From: Actinomycetota bacterium
Lineage (GTDB): Bacteria; Actinomycetota; AC-67
Assembly: GCA_046263075.1 (NCBI GenBank)
Contig: JBHELL010000091.1
Location: 1 to 32,378 of the forward strand
DNA: 32,378 bases
Direction of reading: 5' to 3'
Shown here: positions 1 to 7,248 of the stretch, piece after piece
Layout: each line of letters starts with the position of its first letter
Numbering within the stretch: the stretch's first letter is position 1
Notes under the pieces: generated by a model
Databases searched by the model: none
What the model was told of the DNA's origin: nothing
The model's input: only the letters and a program-made list of their open reading frames with translations
Made by a program: the position numbers and the translations under genes

Positions 1-1005
1 GTATGCCAGCTGGCTGATAGTTGAATACGCGAGCACACGCTTGATGTCGTCTTGCACCATCGCGAGCAGCGCTGCCATCAGCATCGTGACCGCGCCGATG
101 ACCGCGACGACGTTCATCGCTGCGATCGAGCCGGTGAACACAGGGAACAGGCGCGCGACCATGAAGACACCCGCGGTCACCATCGTCGCCGCGTGGATGA
201 GGGCGCTGACCGGTGTCGGACCTGCCATCGCGTCGGGCAGCCACACGTATAACGGGAACTGCGCGCTCTTACCGACGGCACCGCCGAACAGGAGGATCGC
301 CGACGCGGTGAGCGCAAACGTGCCGATGCGGTGCGCGTGCGCCGCATTGATGATCGACTCGATGTGGAAGGTCTTCTGCGAGGCGAAGAGGACGAAGATG
401 CCGATCATGAAGGGGATGTCGCCGGTCTTGGTCGTGACGAAGGCTTTGATCGCGGCGTCGGAGTTGCCCTTCTCCTCCCACCAGAACCCGATCAACAGGT
501 ACGAGCACACACCGACGAGCTCCCAGCCGATCAGCATCTGCAACAGGTTGTTCGAGATGACGAGCAGCAACATCGAGCCCGTGAAGAGATTGAGGGCGGC
601 GTAGAACCAGGTGAACCGCTTCTCGCCGTGCATGTACCCCATCGAATAGATCTGCACCATCAACGACACGGTCGTGACGACGACGAACATCACCGAAGTG
701 AGCCCATCGATCCTCATGCCGAGCGGCAGCGCAAAGGACGCGCCAAAGGGGAACCATCGGACCGCACTGTCGACCAGCGGGCCGTTGCCGCCCCAGTAGT
801 TCGTGAAGAGCATCACGTACGAAAGGACCGCCGCGATCCCCATGCCGAAGATCCCGATCTCGGCGCCACCCTTCGGCAAACGCTTGCCGACGAGCGTGAT
901 CAGGATCACCGCGACCGCCGGGATGGCCGGGATCAGCCACGCGTGATGCGCGACCCAGCCCGGCGTCTTGACGGCTTCTTCTGCGACCGCGACGAGCGCT
1001 ACCAC
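1..1005 (-). CDS. nuoL: NADH-quinone oxidoreductase subunit L (N-terminal part; gene continues past the left edge of the window)
   Basis: Not in the ORF track because it runs off the window. My translation of the minus strand (frame ending at nt 1) reads (M)VALVAVAEEAVKTPGWVAHHAWLIPAIP...LLQMLIGWELVGVCSYLLIGFWWEEKG...GKSAQFPLYVWLPDAMAGPTPVSALIHAATMVTAGVFMVARL...LAYSTISQLAY, which are classic NuoL/Nqo12 antiporter-like motifs. The GTG at 1005-1003 overlaps the nuoK stop (GTGGTAG). The start codon is less certain than the identity. Confidence 0.9.
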   Translation of the reverse strand, partial: MVALVAVAEEAVKTPGWVAHHAWLIPAIPAVAVILITLVGKRLPKGGAEIGIFGMGIAAVLSYVMLFTNYWGGNGPLVDSAVRWFPFGASFALPLGMRIDGLTSVMFVVVTTVSLMVQIYSMGYMHGEKRFTWFYAALNLFTGSMLLLVISNNLLQMLIGWELVGVCSYLLIGFWWEEKGNSDAAIKAFVTTKTGDIPFMIGIFVLFASQKTFHIESIINAAHAHRIGTFALTASAILLFGGAVGKSAQFPLYVWLPDAMAGPTPVSALIHAATMVTAGVFMVARLFPVFTGSIAAMNVVAVIGAVTMLMAALLAMVQDDIKRVLAYSTISQLAY

Positions 1006-1304
1006 TTGAGGAGATCCACCTCATCGACATTGATCGATTTCCGGTTGCGGAAGATGAGCAACACGATCGCAAGCCCGACACCGACCTCGGCGGCCGCGAT
1101 AGTGATGATGAACAGAGCGAAGATCTGACCTGCGTTCGCGGCATCTTTGAACCACGCGTTGAAGGCGATGAGATTGATGTTCACGGAGTTCAGCATCAGC
1201 TCGATGGACATCAATACGAGGACGGCGTTCCGGCGCGCGAGGACTCCGTATACCCCGACGCTGAACAAGAACGCGCCGAGCGTCAGCACCCACGCAAGAC
1301 TCAC
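999..1304 (-). CDS. nuoK: NADH-quinone oxidoreductase subunit K
   Basis: C-terminal 101 aa of ORF 999..1481: VSLAWVLTLGAFLFSVGVYGVLARRNAVLVLMSIELMLNSVNINLIAF...AAAEVGVGLAIVLLIFRN is a typical ~100-aa three-TM NuoK. GTG at 1304 lies 5 nt after a GGGGGAG Shine-Dalgarno. The upstream part of the ORF is Arg-rich and overlaps nuoJ. Confidence 0.9.
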   Translation of the reverse strand: MSLAWVLTLGAFLFSVGVYGVLARRNAVLVLMSIELMLNSVNINLIAFNAWFKDAANAGQIFALFIITIAAAEVGVGLAIVLLIFRNRKSINVDEVDLLKW

Positions 1305-1315
1305 CGAAGCTCCCC

Positions 1316-1837
1316 CTAATCCTTCTTGGCCAGAACGATCGCGCCGACCAGCGCGCCCAGCAGCAGAACCGAGACCAGCTCGAACGGCAAGATATAGCCG
1401 CTGAACAACGCCGAGCCGAGATCCTTCGTGCGACCGATCACGGTGTCGAGCGGGATCCTCGCGTTCCCGAACGCGTTCCACACCAGATACGTCAACATGG
1501 CGAATACACCGGCAGATGTCACGAGTGCGATGAGCCGCTTTTCGTTATCGACCGCCGTGCGCCCGATCGGTGCTTGCGTCAGCATGAGCCCGAACAGCAA
1601 GAGCACTACGACCGCGCCGACGTAGATGAGGATCTGCGTCCATGCGATGAATTCGGAGCCGAGGATGAGGAAGATAGCGCCGATCCCGCCCAGCACGACG
1701 ACTAGGAACAATGCTGCGCGCACGACGTTCCGAACGAGGACGACGGCGACGGCTGCGAGCGCGGCAAACGCTCCGAATATCGCGACGAAGACCGGCGCCG
1801 CCCTCCTCCCTGGGTCTTCCGTCGCTTGATGACCCAT
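1316..1837 (-). CDS. nuoJ: NADH-quinone oxidoreductase subunit J
   Basis: ORF 1316..1837, 173 aa, with NuoJ-like TM pattern and core [30 protein letters not shown] 1837 is the only ATG/GTG/TTG in frame upstream of the first TM helix. Confidence 0.9.
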   Translation of the reverse strand: MGHQATEDPGRRAAPVFVAIFGAFAALAAVAVVLVRNVVRAALFLVVVLGGIGAIFLILGSEFIAWTQILIYVGAVVVLLLFGLMLTQAPIGRTAVDNEKRLIALVTSAGVFAMLTYLVWNAFGNARIPLDTVIGRTKDLGSALFSGYILPFELVSVLLLGALVGAIVLAKKD

Positions 1838-2694
1838 GCCTTTTTCGCGAGCGCGCGCGCCTCACGGTCGCTCTTGCCTTCCGAGATGGCCTTGTCGTAG
1901 GTCTCTTGATCGATCTGCGGCGGTGGCTCGTCGTGACGCACCGACGGCGCCACGGACTTCGGGACGCCTTCGGATTGCAGGGTCGGTCCTCCCGCGTCCG
2001 TCGCGCTGTCGGGGGCAGGACCGGTCTCCGAGGGGGCCGCGGCCGGAGGAGCCGGAGACTCCGCGGGGGCCGCCGCCGGAGCGGTTGCCATCGCCGTGTA
2101 GACCTTCGCTTCCGCGGCCTCTTCGGCGGGTGGCTCGGCCCCTGCGTCGAGCGGCGGCGGCGCAGGGACGAGCGCCATCCATTCCCCGAGCGTGTCCATC
2201 TCGTGGGTCAGCTCGACGATCGAATCCGTCGAATATTCGAAATGCGGAGACCAGAACAATGCATCGAAGGGGCAGACCTCGACACAGATCCCGCAGTACA
2301 TGCAGAGCGCGAAGTCGATCGCGAAGCGGTCCAGAACATTGCGAGTCCGCGGGCGCGCGCCGGGTGTCTTCGGTGGCATCTGCGCCTTGTGGCTATCGAT
2401 GTAGATGCACCAGTCGGGACACTCGCGCGAACAGAGCATGCAGATCGTGCAATTCTCTTCCTTGAGCGCGATGATGCCTCGCGTGCGCGGCGGAAGGTCG
2501 GGTTTCACGTGCGGATACTGCTGCGTCACCGCGCGTTTGGTCATCGTCTTCATCGTGACGGACAGGCCTTTGGCCAATCCGTAGACGGCGCCGAGCCCTT
2601 TCACGCCGGCGATCCTCTGCTCGAGCGCGCGCATCTTCTCCTGGCGTTCTTCTTTCGACGGGAAGCGGCGTTTCTTCGTTGGGGCGACCGTCAT
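1702..2694 (-). CDS. nuoI: NADH-quinone oxidoreductase subunit I (2x[4Fe-4S] ferredoxin-type) with a long C-terminal extension
   Basis: Within ORF 1702..3273. ATG 2694-2692 overlaps the nuoH stop (TGATG). Two CxxCxxCxxxCP motifs ([24 protein letters not shown]). The core ends near residue 178; residues 179-330 are Pro/Ala-rich followed by a basic segment. The first in-frame stop is at 1702, 136 nt inside nuoJ. Confidence 0.9.
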   Translation of the reverse strand: MTVAPTKKRRFPSKEERQEKMRALEQRIAGVKGLGAVYGLAKGLSVTMKTMTKRAVTQQYPHVKPDLPPRTRGIIALKEENCTICMLCSRECPDWCIYIDSHKAQMPPKTPGARPRTRNVLDRFAIDFALCMYCGICVEVCPFDALFWSPHFEYSTDSIVELTHEMDTLGEWMALVPAPPPLDAGAEPPAEEAAEAKVYTAMATAPAAAPAESPAPPAAAPSETGPAPDSATDAGGPTLQSEGVPKSVAPSVRHDEPPPQIDQETYDKAISEGKSDREARALAKKAWVIKRRKTQGGGRRRSSSRYSERLPRSQPSPSSSFGTSCAQHCS

Positions 2695-3701
2695 CAGAAC
2701 ACCACCTTGAAGATGCCGGTCAGCAAGATCTGGAGCAGTGCGAGCGGGATCAGATACTTCCAGGCCATCTTTTGGAGCTGGTCCTCGCGCAGACGTGGGT
2801 ACGTCGCGCGCAGCCAGATGACGAAGAACGACAGGATGCCGACCTTCGCGAGCGTCCAGAGCGGTCCGGGGATCCCGGGGATCAAGAAGTTGTGCCACCC
2901 GCCCAGATACAGGACGGTCGCGATCGCAGAGAGCGAGATGATCCCTGCGTATTCCGCGAGCAAGAACAGCGCGAAGCGGATCCCCGTGTATTCGGTCATG
3001 TGGCCGAAGATGATCTCGGAATCGGCGATCGGCATGTCGAACGGCGGGCGTGACAGCTCGGCGAGCGACGCGATGAGGAAGATGACGAACCCGCCTATCT
3101 GTGGGAAGAGGTACCACAGGTGTTGTTGCTGCGCTCCGATCGTAACGAGTGAAACCGATCCGGCTTGCATCGCAACAGACGAGGCGGCAAGTACCAGCGG
3201 CAGCTCGTAGGCGATCAATTGCGCCGCGCCGCGCATCGCGCCGATCAGGGCGAACTTGTTCGCGCTCGACCAACCTGCCATCAACATCCCGATCACGCTG
3301 ATCGCCGTGATCGCCAGCGCGAAGAACAATCCGAGGTCGAGGTTCTCACCCCAGAAACCTGCGTTCGGATGGCCTCCCGGTCCCGGCCCGAACGGCAGAA
3401 CGAGGAACACGAGGATCACGGGAACGAGCACGACGCCCGGCGCGATCGAGAAGATCCAACGGTCGGCTGCGGACGGGATGATGTCTTCCTTCTGGATGAA
3501 CTTCACGCCGTCTGCGACGAGCTGCGCCCAGCCGTGATACCGCCCGGCCTCCATCGGACCGAGACGTGCCTGCATGTGCGCGAGGGTCTTGTGCTCGACG
3601 TAGCCGATCACGAGCGGCGCGGTCAGGAAGAAGAGGAAGATCGCAGCAAGCTTGAATACCAGCACGACCCACGGATTGCTGAAGAAGTACTCGAAGATCA
3701 T
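2694..3701 (-). CDS. nuoH: NADH-quinone oxidoreductase subunit H
   Basis: ORF 2694..3701, 335 aa, polytopic, with [19 protein letters not shown] and LAEYAGI motifs typical of NuoH/ND1. Its ATG overlaps the nuoD stop (ATGA). Confidence 0.95.
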   Translation of the reverse strand: MIFEYFFSNPWVVLVFKLAAIFLFFLTAPLVIGYVEHKTLAHMQARLGPMEAGRYHGWAQLVADGVKFIQKEDIIPSAADRWIFSIAPGVVLVPVILVFLVLPFGPGPGGHPNAGFWGENLDLGLFFALAITAISVIGMLMAGWSSANKFALIGAMRGAAQLIAYELPLVLAASSVAMQAGSVSLVTIGAQQQHLWYLFPQIGGFVIFLIASLAELSRPPFDMPIADSEIIFGHMTEYTGIRFALFLLAEYAGIISLSAIATVLYLGGWHNFLIPGIPGPLWTLAKVGILSFFVIWLRATYPRLREDQLQKMAWKYLIPLALLQILLTGIFKVVF

Positions 3702-4888
3702 CGGTCGACGTCCCCGACGACGAAGAACACAGACCCGAGCACCGCGATCAGGTCCGGCAACAAGATGCCTTTCAGCAGGTACGGGATCATCGAGACGTTA
3801 TGGAAGCTCGGCGTGCGCATCTTCAGACGCCACGGTTCCTTCCCCCCGCGCGACACGAGGTAGTAACCGGTCTCGCCGAGGGAGTTCTCCGTGCGAACGT
3901 AGGTCCAGCCTTCGGGCGGTTTGATGTTCTTAGGCATCTTCCCCGGCATCGTCGGACCCGCGGGCATCTTGTCGTGGATCTGCTCGATGATGTTCAGGGA
4001 CTGCTCGATGCGCTTGTAGAGAACGACGAAGCGATCGAACGAGTCACCGTTCTCGCCGACCGGAACCTCGAACGACACCTGGTCGTACTTCAGGTACGGC
4101 TCGGTCAGACGCGAATCTTCACCGATGCCGGAGGCATGCAGGATGGGCCCCGAAACGCCGTACGATTTCGCGATCTCACCCGGCAGCACGCCGATACCCA
4201 CAGTGCGCTTGCGGAAGATCTCGTTGCCGATCAACAAGCCGTCGTAGTCGAGCAACCGGTTCCGGATCTTCGTCACGAGTGCGGCGCTCTTCTTCATGAA
4301 GCCGGCCGGCAAGTCTTCCTTCAACCCACCGACCCGGTTGTACGTGAAGTGCAGGCGCGCGCCCGTCGCCATCTCCATCATCGCCTGGATCTCTTCGCGC
4401 TCGCGGAAGGCGTAGAACATCGGCGTCATCGCGCCGAGCTCGAGGCCGTACGACCCGAGGAACATCAGATGGTTGAGGATGCGGTTCCATTCCGACATCA
4501 GCATGCGGATCCACTGCGCGCGCTCGGGCACCTCGAGATCCATCAGCTTCTCGACGGCGAGCACGACGCCGAGCTCGTTGCCGAACGCCGAGAGCCAGTC
4601 GTGACGATTGGAAAGCGCGATGATCTGGCGGTAATCGCGCACCTCGGCCAGCTTGTCGAACGCGCGGTGCATGTATCCGATAACCGGCGTCGCGCTGCTG
4701 ATCCGCTCCCCGTCGAGCGTCAGCACCACACGCAAGACACCGTGCGTCGATGGGTGCTGGGGCCCGATCGACAGCGTCATCTCCTGCGTAGGGAGCTCTT
4801 GGTCCCCCGCGATGAGGACCTGAACGCCTTCGCCCGGACCGCCCGGGTACATCCCGGCTTGGCGCAGCTCCGTGGGCGTCTGCGACAT
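3698..4888 (-). CDS. nuoD: NADH-quinone oxidoreductase subunit D (49 kDa)
   Basis: Within ORF 3698..5038. ATG 4888 ([10 protein letters not shown]...) overlaps the nuoC stop (TGATG). Contains GPQHPSTHGVLR, and RTPSFHN near the C-terminus. 396 aa. Confidence 0.95.
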   Translation of the reverse strand: MSQTPTELRQAGMYPGGPGEGVQVLIAGDQELPTQEMTLSIGPQHPSTHGVLRVVLTLDGERISSATPVIGYMHRAFDKLAEVRDYRQIIALSNRHDWLSAFGNELGVVLAVEKLMDLEVPERAQWIRMLMSEWNRILNHLMFLGSYGLELGAMTPMFYAFREREEIQAMMEMATGARLHFTYNRVGGLKEDLPAGFMKKSAALVTKIRNRLLDYDGLLIGNEIFRKRTVGIGVLPGEIAKSYGVSGPILHASGIGEDSRLTEPYLKYDQVSFEVPVGENGDSFDRFVVLYKRIEQSLNIIEQIHDKMPAGPTMPGKMPKNIKPPEGWTYVRTENSLGETGYYLVSRGGKEPWRLKMRTPSFHNVSMIPYLLKGILLPDLIAVLGSVFFVVGDVDR

Positions 4889-5373
4889 CAGGCCGGCTCC
4901 TTCTCGCCGGGCCATTCCTTCGCTTCCCGGGTCATCAACAAGAAGTCCTTGCGCAACGGGAAGCCTTCGAACTCGACGGGAAGAAGCAACTTCACGAGGT
5001 TCGGGTGCCCGTCGAAGTCGACACCGAACAGCTCCCACGTCTCACGTTCGCACCAGTTCGCGCCGAGCCAGATATCCGAGAGCGTCGGAAGCCGCGGGTT
5101 GTCGCGCGACACGAGCGTCTTCAGGTTCACGTGATGCTGGCGGCGAACCGAGTACACGTGCAGCACGATCTCGAAGCCTTGCTCCTCGAGATCCGTCGCG
5201 GTGAGGAACGTTATGAAGTCGAAGTGACAGAGGCCGCAATCGTGGACATGCTGCGCGACCTGCTTCCAGTTCTGCGAGGCGACGTGGATCGCCGTCTCAC
5301 CATGGACGACGTCGGTGCGCTCGACGACCCCGGTCGCTTGCTCGAGATGGGATGCCAGCTCGGCGGGATTCAT
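4888..5373 (-). CDS. nuoC: NADH-quinone oxidoreductase subunit C (30 kDa), short NdhJ-like size
   Basis: ORF 4888..5373, 161 aa, with [20 protein letters not shown]. Its ATG overlaps the nuoB stop (ATGA). Confidence 0.9.
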   Translation of the reverse strand: MNPAELASHLEQATGVVERTDVVHGETAIHVASQNWKQVAQHVHDCGLCHFDFITFLTATDLEEQGFEIVLHVYSVRRQHHVNLKTLVSRDNPRLPTLSDIWLGANWCERETWELFGVDFDGHPNLVKLLLPVEFEGFPLRKDFLLMTREAKEWPGEKEPA

Positions 5374-5963
5374 TCGTCTCTGATCGCGGTGTCGTAGATC
5401 GAGCCGCCGCCGACGACGATCGGCGCGGAGTGATGCATGACCGGCTCTGGCTCGACCGCATCCGCGCGCTCGAACCGTTGCTTCAAGGACTCCTCACCGA
5501 TCCGCTTCTGCAGGAGCAGGATCCCTTCGAGCAGTGCCTCGGGACGCGGCGGGCAGCCGGGCACGTAGACGTCGACCGGCACGATCTGATCGACGCCTTT
5601 CGTCACGGAGTAGGAGTCCCAGAACGGCCCCCCGCAGTTCGAGCACGACCCGAAGCTGATGACGTACTTCGGCTCTGGGATCTGTTCGTACACGCGTTTG
5701 AGGGCCGGCGCCATCTTGTCCGTGAGCGTCCCTGCGACCACGAGCATGTCTGCCTGGCGGGGTCCGTGAGCGACCGGGATCACGCCGAGCCGGATGAAGT
5801 CGTGGCGGCTCGTCGACGCGGCGATCAATTCGATGGCGCAACAGGCGAGACCGAAGTTCATGACCCACAGCGAGTACTTCCGGCCCCAGTTGAGGATGAA
5901 CTTCGCAGGCTTCGGGAAATCGACCTTCTCTGTTAGACCCACTCGAGCACCTTCTTCTTCCAC
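5370..5963 (-). CDS. nuoB: NADH-quinone oxidoreductase subunit B (20 kDa, N2 cluster)
   Basis: ORF 5370..5963, with [19 protein letters not shown] and VPGCPPRP cluster-ligand motifs. ATG 5963 overlaps nuoA by 31 nt; an alternative GTG at 5942 would overlap by 10 nt. Confidence 0.9.
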   Translation of the reverse strand: MEEEGARVGLTEKVDFPKPAKFILNWGRKYSLWVMNFGLACCAIELIAASTSRHDFIRLGVIPVAHGPRQADMLVVAGTLTDKMAPALKRVYEQIPEPKYVISFGSCSNCGGPFWDSYSVTKGVDQIVPVDVYVPGCPPRPEALLEGILLLQKRIGEESLKQRFERADAVEPEPVMHHSAPIVVGGGSIYDTAIRDE

Positions 5964-6304
5964 GCGTACAGCAACCCGACGGCGAGGATGGCGATGAAAG
6001 CGATCATCTCGCCGAGCACGAGTCCCGCCTTGCGGAAGTGCTCGAAGATCGTGGCGAAGGGAAACACGAAGACGCTCTCTACGTCGAAGATCACGAACAG
6101 GAACGCGAAGATGTAATACCGGATCTGGGTCTGGCTCCAGCCTTCACCGACGGGATCGACCCCGCACTCGTATGTCGTGTACTTCTCGGGACGGGGCTTC
6201 CGGGGACGCATCAACCGGTTCGCACCGAAACCGACGGCGACGAACCCGATGCCTACAAGAGCCAAGATGCCGAGCGTGCCGTACTGCCAGTAGTACGCCG
6301 TCAC
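5933..6304 (-). CDS. nuoA: NADH-quinone oxidoreductase subunit A
   Basis: ORF 5933..6304, 123 aa, three TM helices, with YECGVDP and FDVE motifs. GTG start at 6304. Confidence 0.9.
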   Translation of the reverse strand: MTAYYWQYGTLGILALVGIGFVAVGFGANRLMRPRKPRPEKYTTYECGVDPVGEGWSQTQIRYYIFAFLFVIFDVESVFVFPFATIFEHFRKAGLVLGEMIAFIAILAVGLLYAWKKKVLEWV

Positions 6305-6388
6305 CGAGATGCCGCCCCCATCACGGACAGTTTCAATCTCCGGAGCGTGCGCTCGTGAAAACGCTCACAACCCGGACCGCGCGGGATT

Positions 6389-7237
6389 CTAACGCGGGGT
6401 TCGGGCGGTGGCGAAGCGGCGGAAACGCGAGATCGAGGCGCGCGCGGCTCGACGGAGCGGAGCCGGCAACTTCCGTGCGACCCGGCGAAGCGCGCCCCGG
6501 TTGGCCGCCGGTCTCGGCACCGCCCGGATGCGCCACTCCCCGGCGTCGATCGGGCCGGCTCCGGCGCGCGCGCATAGCCAGATCCGCTCTCCCCGTTCCA
6601 GGCCGAGCCGGCGCAGCGCGCGCTCGGAGAGGGCCTGTGCCGGCCGGACAACGGTCGCGGTCAAACCATTGCCGGCGAGCCGCTCTTCGAAGTCGTCGCC
6701 GTACCACCGAACATGGTCGTGTTGGCCGAAGCGGATCGCGCGCGCCTCGGGTGGCAGCGACGGATCCTCGTCCGTCGGGACGCCGTCCTTACGCGGGACC
6801 TGCACGAACGCGATGCCGCCGGGCCGCAGCACGCGCGCGAGCTCGGCGATCGCGGAAGCGTCGTCCGGAACGTGCTCGAGCACGTGGTAGCAGATGATCG
6901 AGTCGAAGATGCCGCCGGCGAAACAAGCTTTCGTCAGATCGCACCGAACGCTGGCTCCGGGCATGAGGAGATCCGTCGAGACGTACCGCGCGTTCGTCTG
7001 GAGCCAGCGCTTGATGCCCGCTTGCGGTGCGACGTCGAGGACGCGCTCGCCGATGCGATCCGGGTGCGCCCTCAAAAGCAGCATGAGCAACCGGTGTCGC
7101 TCGAGCGACTCGCAATGGCCGCAGCGCGCGTTGGGCCGTCCGCCGGGACCGGCGAGGAACGACGGCGACGATTTCTCACAGACAGAGCAATAGACGTTGT
7201 TGTTCCGTCGCACCCGGCCCCTCTCGATCCGGGCCAT
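6389..7237 (-). CDS. Class I SAM-dependent methyltransferase with N-terminal CxxC...CxxC zinc ribbon
   Basis: C-terminal 282 aa of ORF 6389..7765, from ATG 7237 (MARIERG...), 11 nt after the stop of the upstream gene. CSVC...CGHC zinc ribbon, VLDVAPQAG (SAM motif I), YHVLEHVPDD, LRPGGIAFVQVP, FGQHDHVRWYG. The last ~55 aa are Arg-rich and of unclear significance. Confidence 0.8.
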   Translation of the reverse strand: MARIERGRVRRNNNVYCSVCEKSSPSFLAGPGGRPNARCGHCESLERHRLLMLLLRAHPDRIGERVLDVAPQAGIKRWLQTNARYVSTDLLMPGASVRCDLTKACFAGGIFDSIICYHVLEHVPDDASAIAELARVLRPGGIAFVQVPRKDGVPTDEDPSLPPEARAIRFGQHDHVRWYGDDFEERLAGNGLTATVVRPAQALSERALRRLGLERGERIWLCARAGAGPIDAGEWRIRAVPRPAANRGALRRVARKLPAPLRRAARASISRFRRFATARTPR

Positions 7238-7248
7238 GATACGAAGGA

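Noticed and set aside
1838-1850. GAAAAAG just upstream of the nuoJ ATG as a programmed frameshift site explaining the nuoI/nuoJ overlap
   Set aside because: It has only five A residues, is not a canonical X_XXY_YYZ heptamer in the nuoI frame, and has no obvious downstream stimulatory structure. The TGA->TGG stop-loss reading is simpler.
1711-5134. Long plus-strand ORFs (1711..3210, 499 aa; 3165..3863; 3800..5134, 444 aa) opposite nuoI/H/D
   Set aside because: Their composition is Arg/Gly/Asp/His-rich and low-complexity, typical of antisense frames in high-GC DNA. They carry no recognisable motifs, and the minus-strand frames encode unmistakable Nuo subunits.
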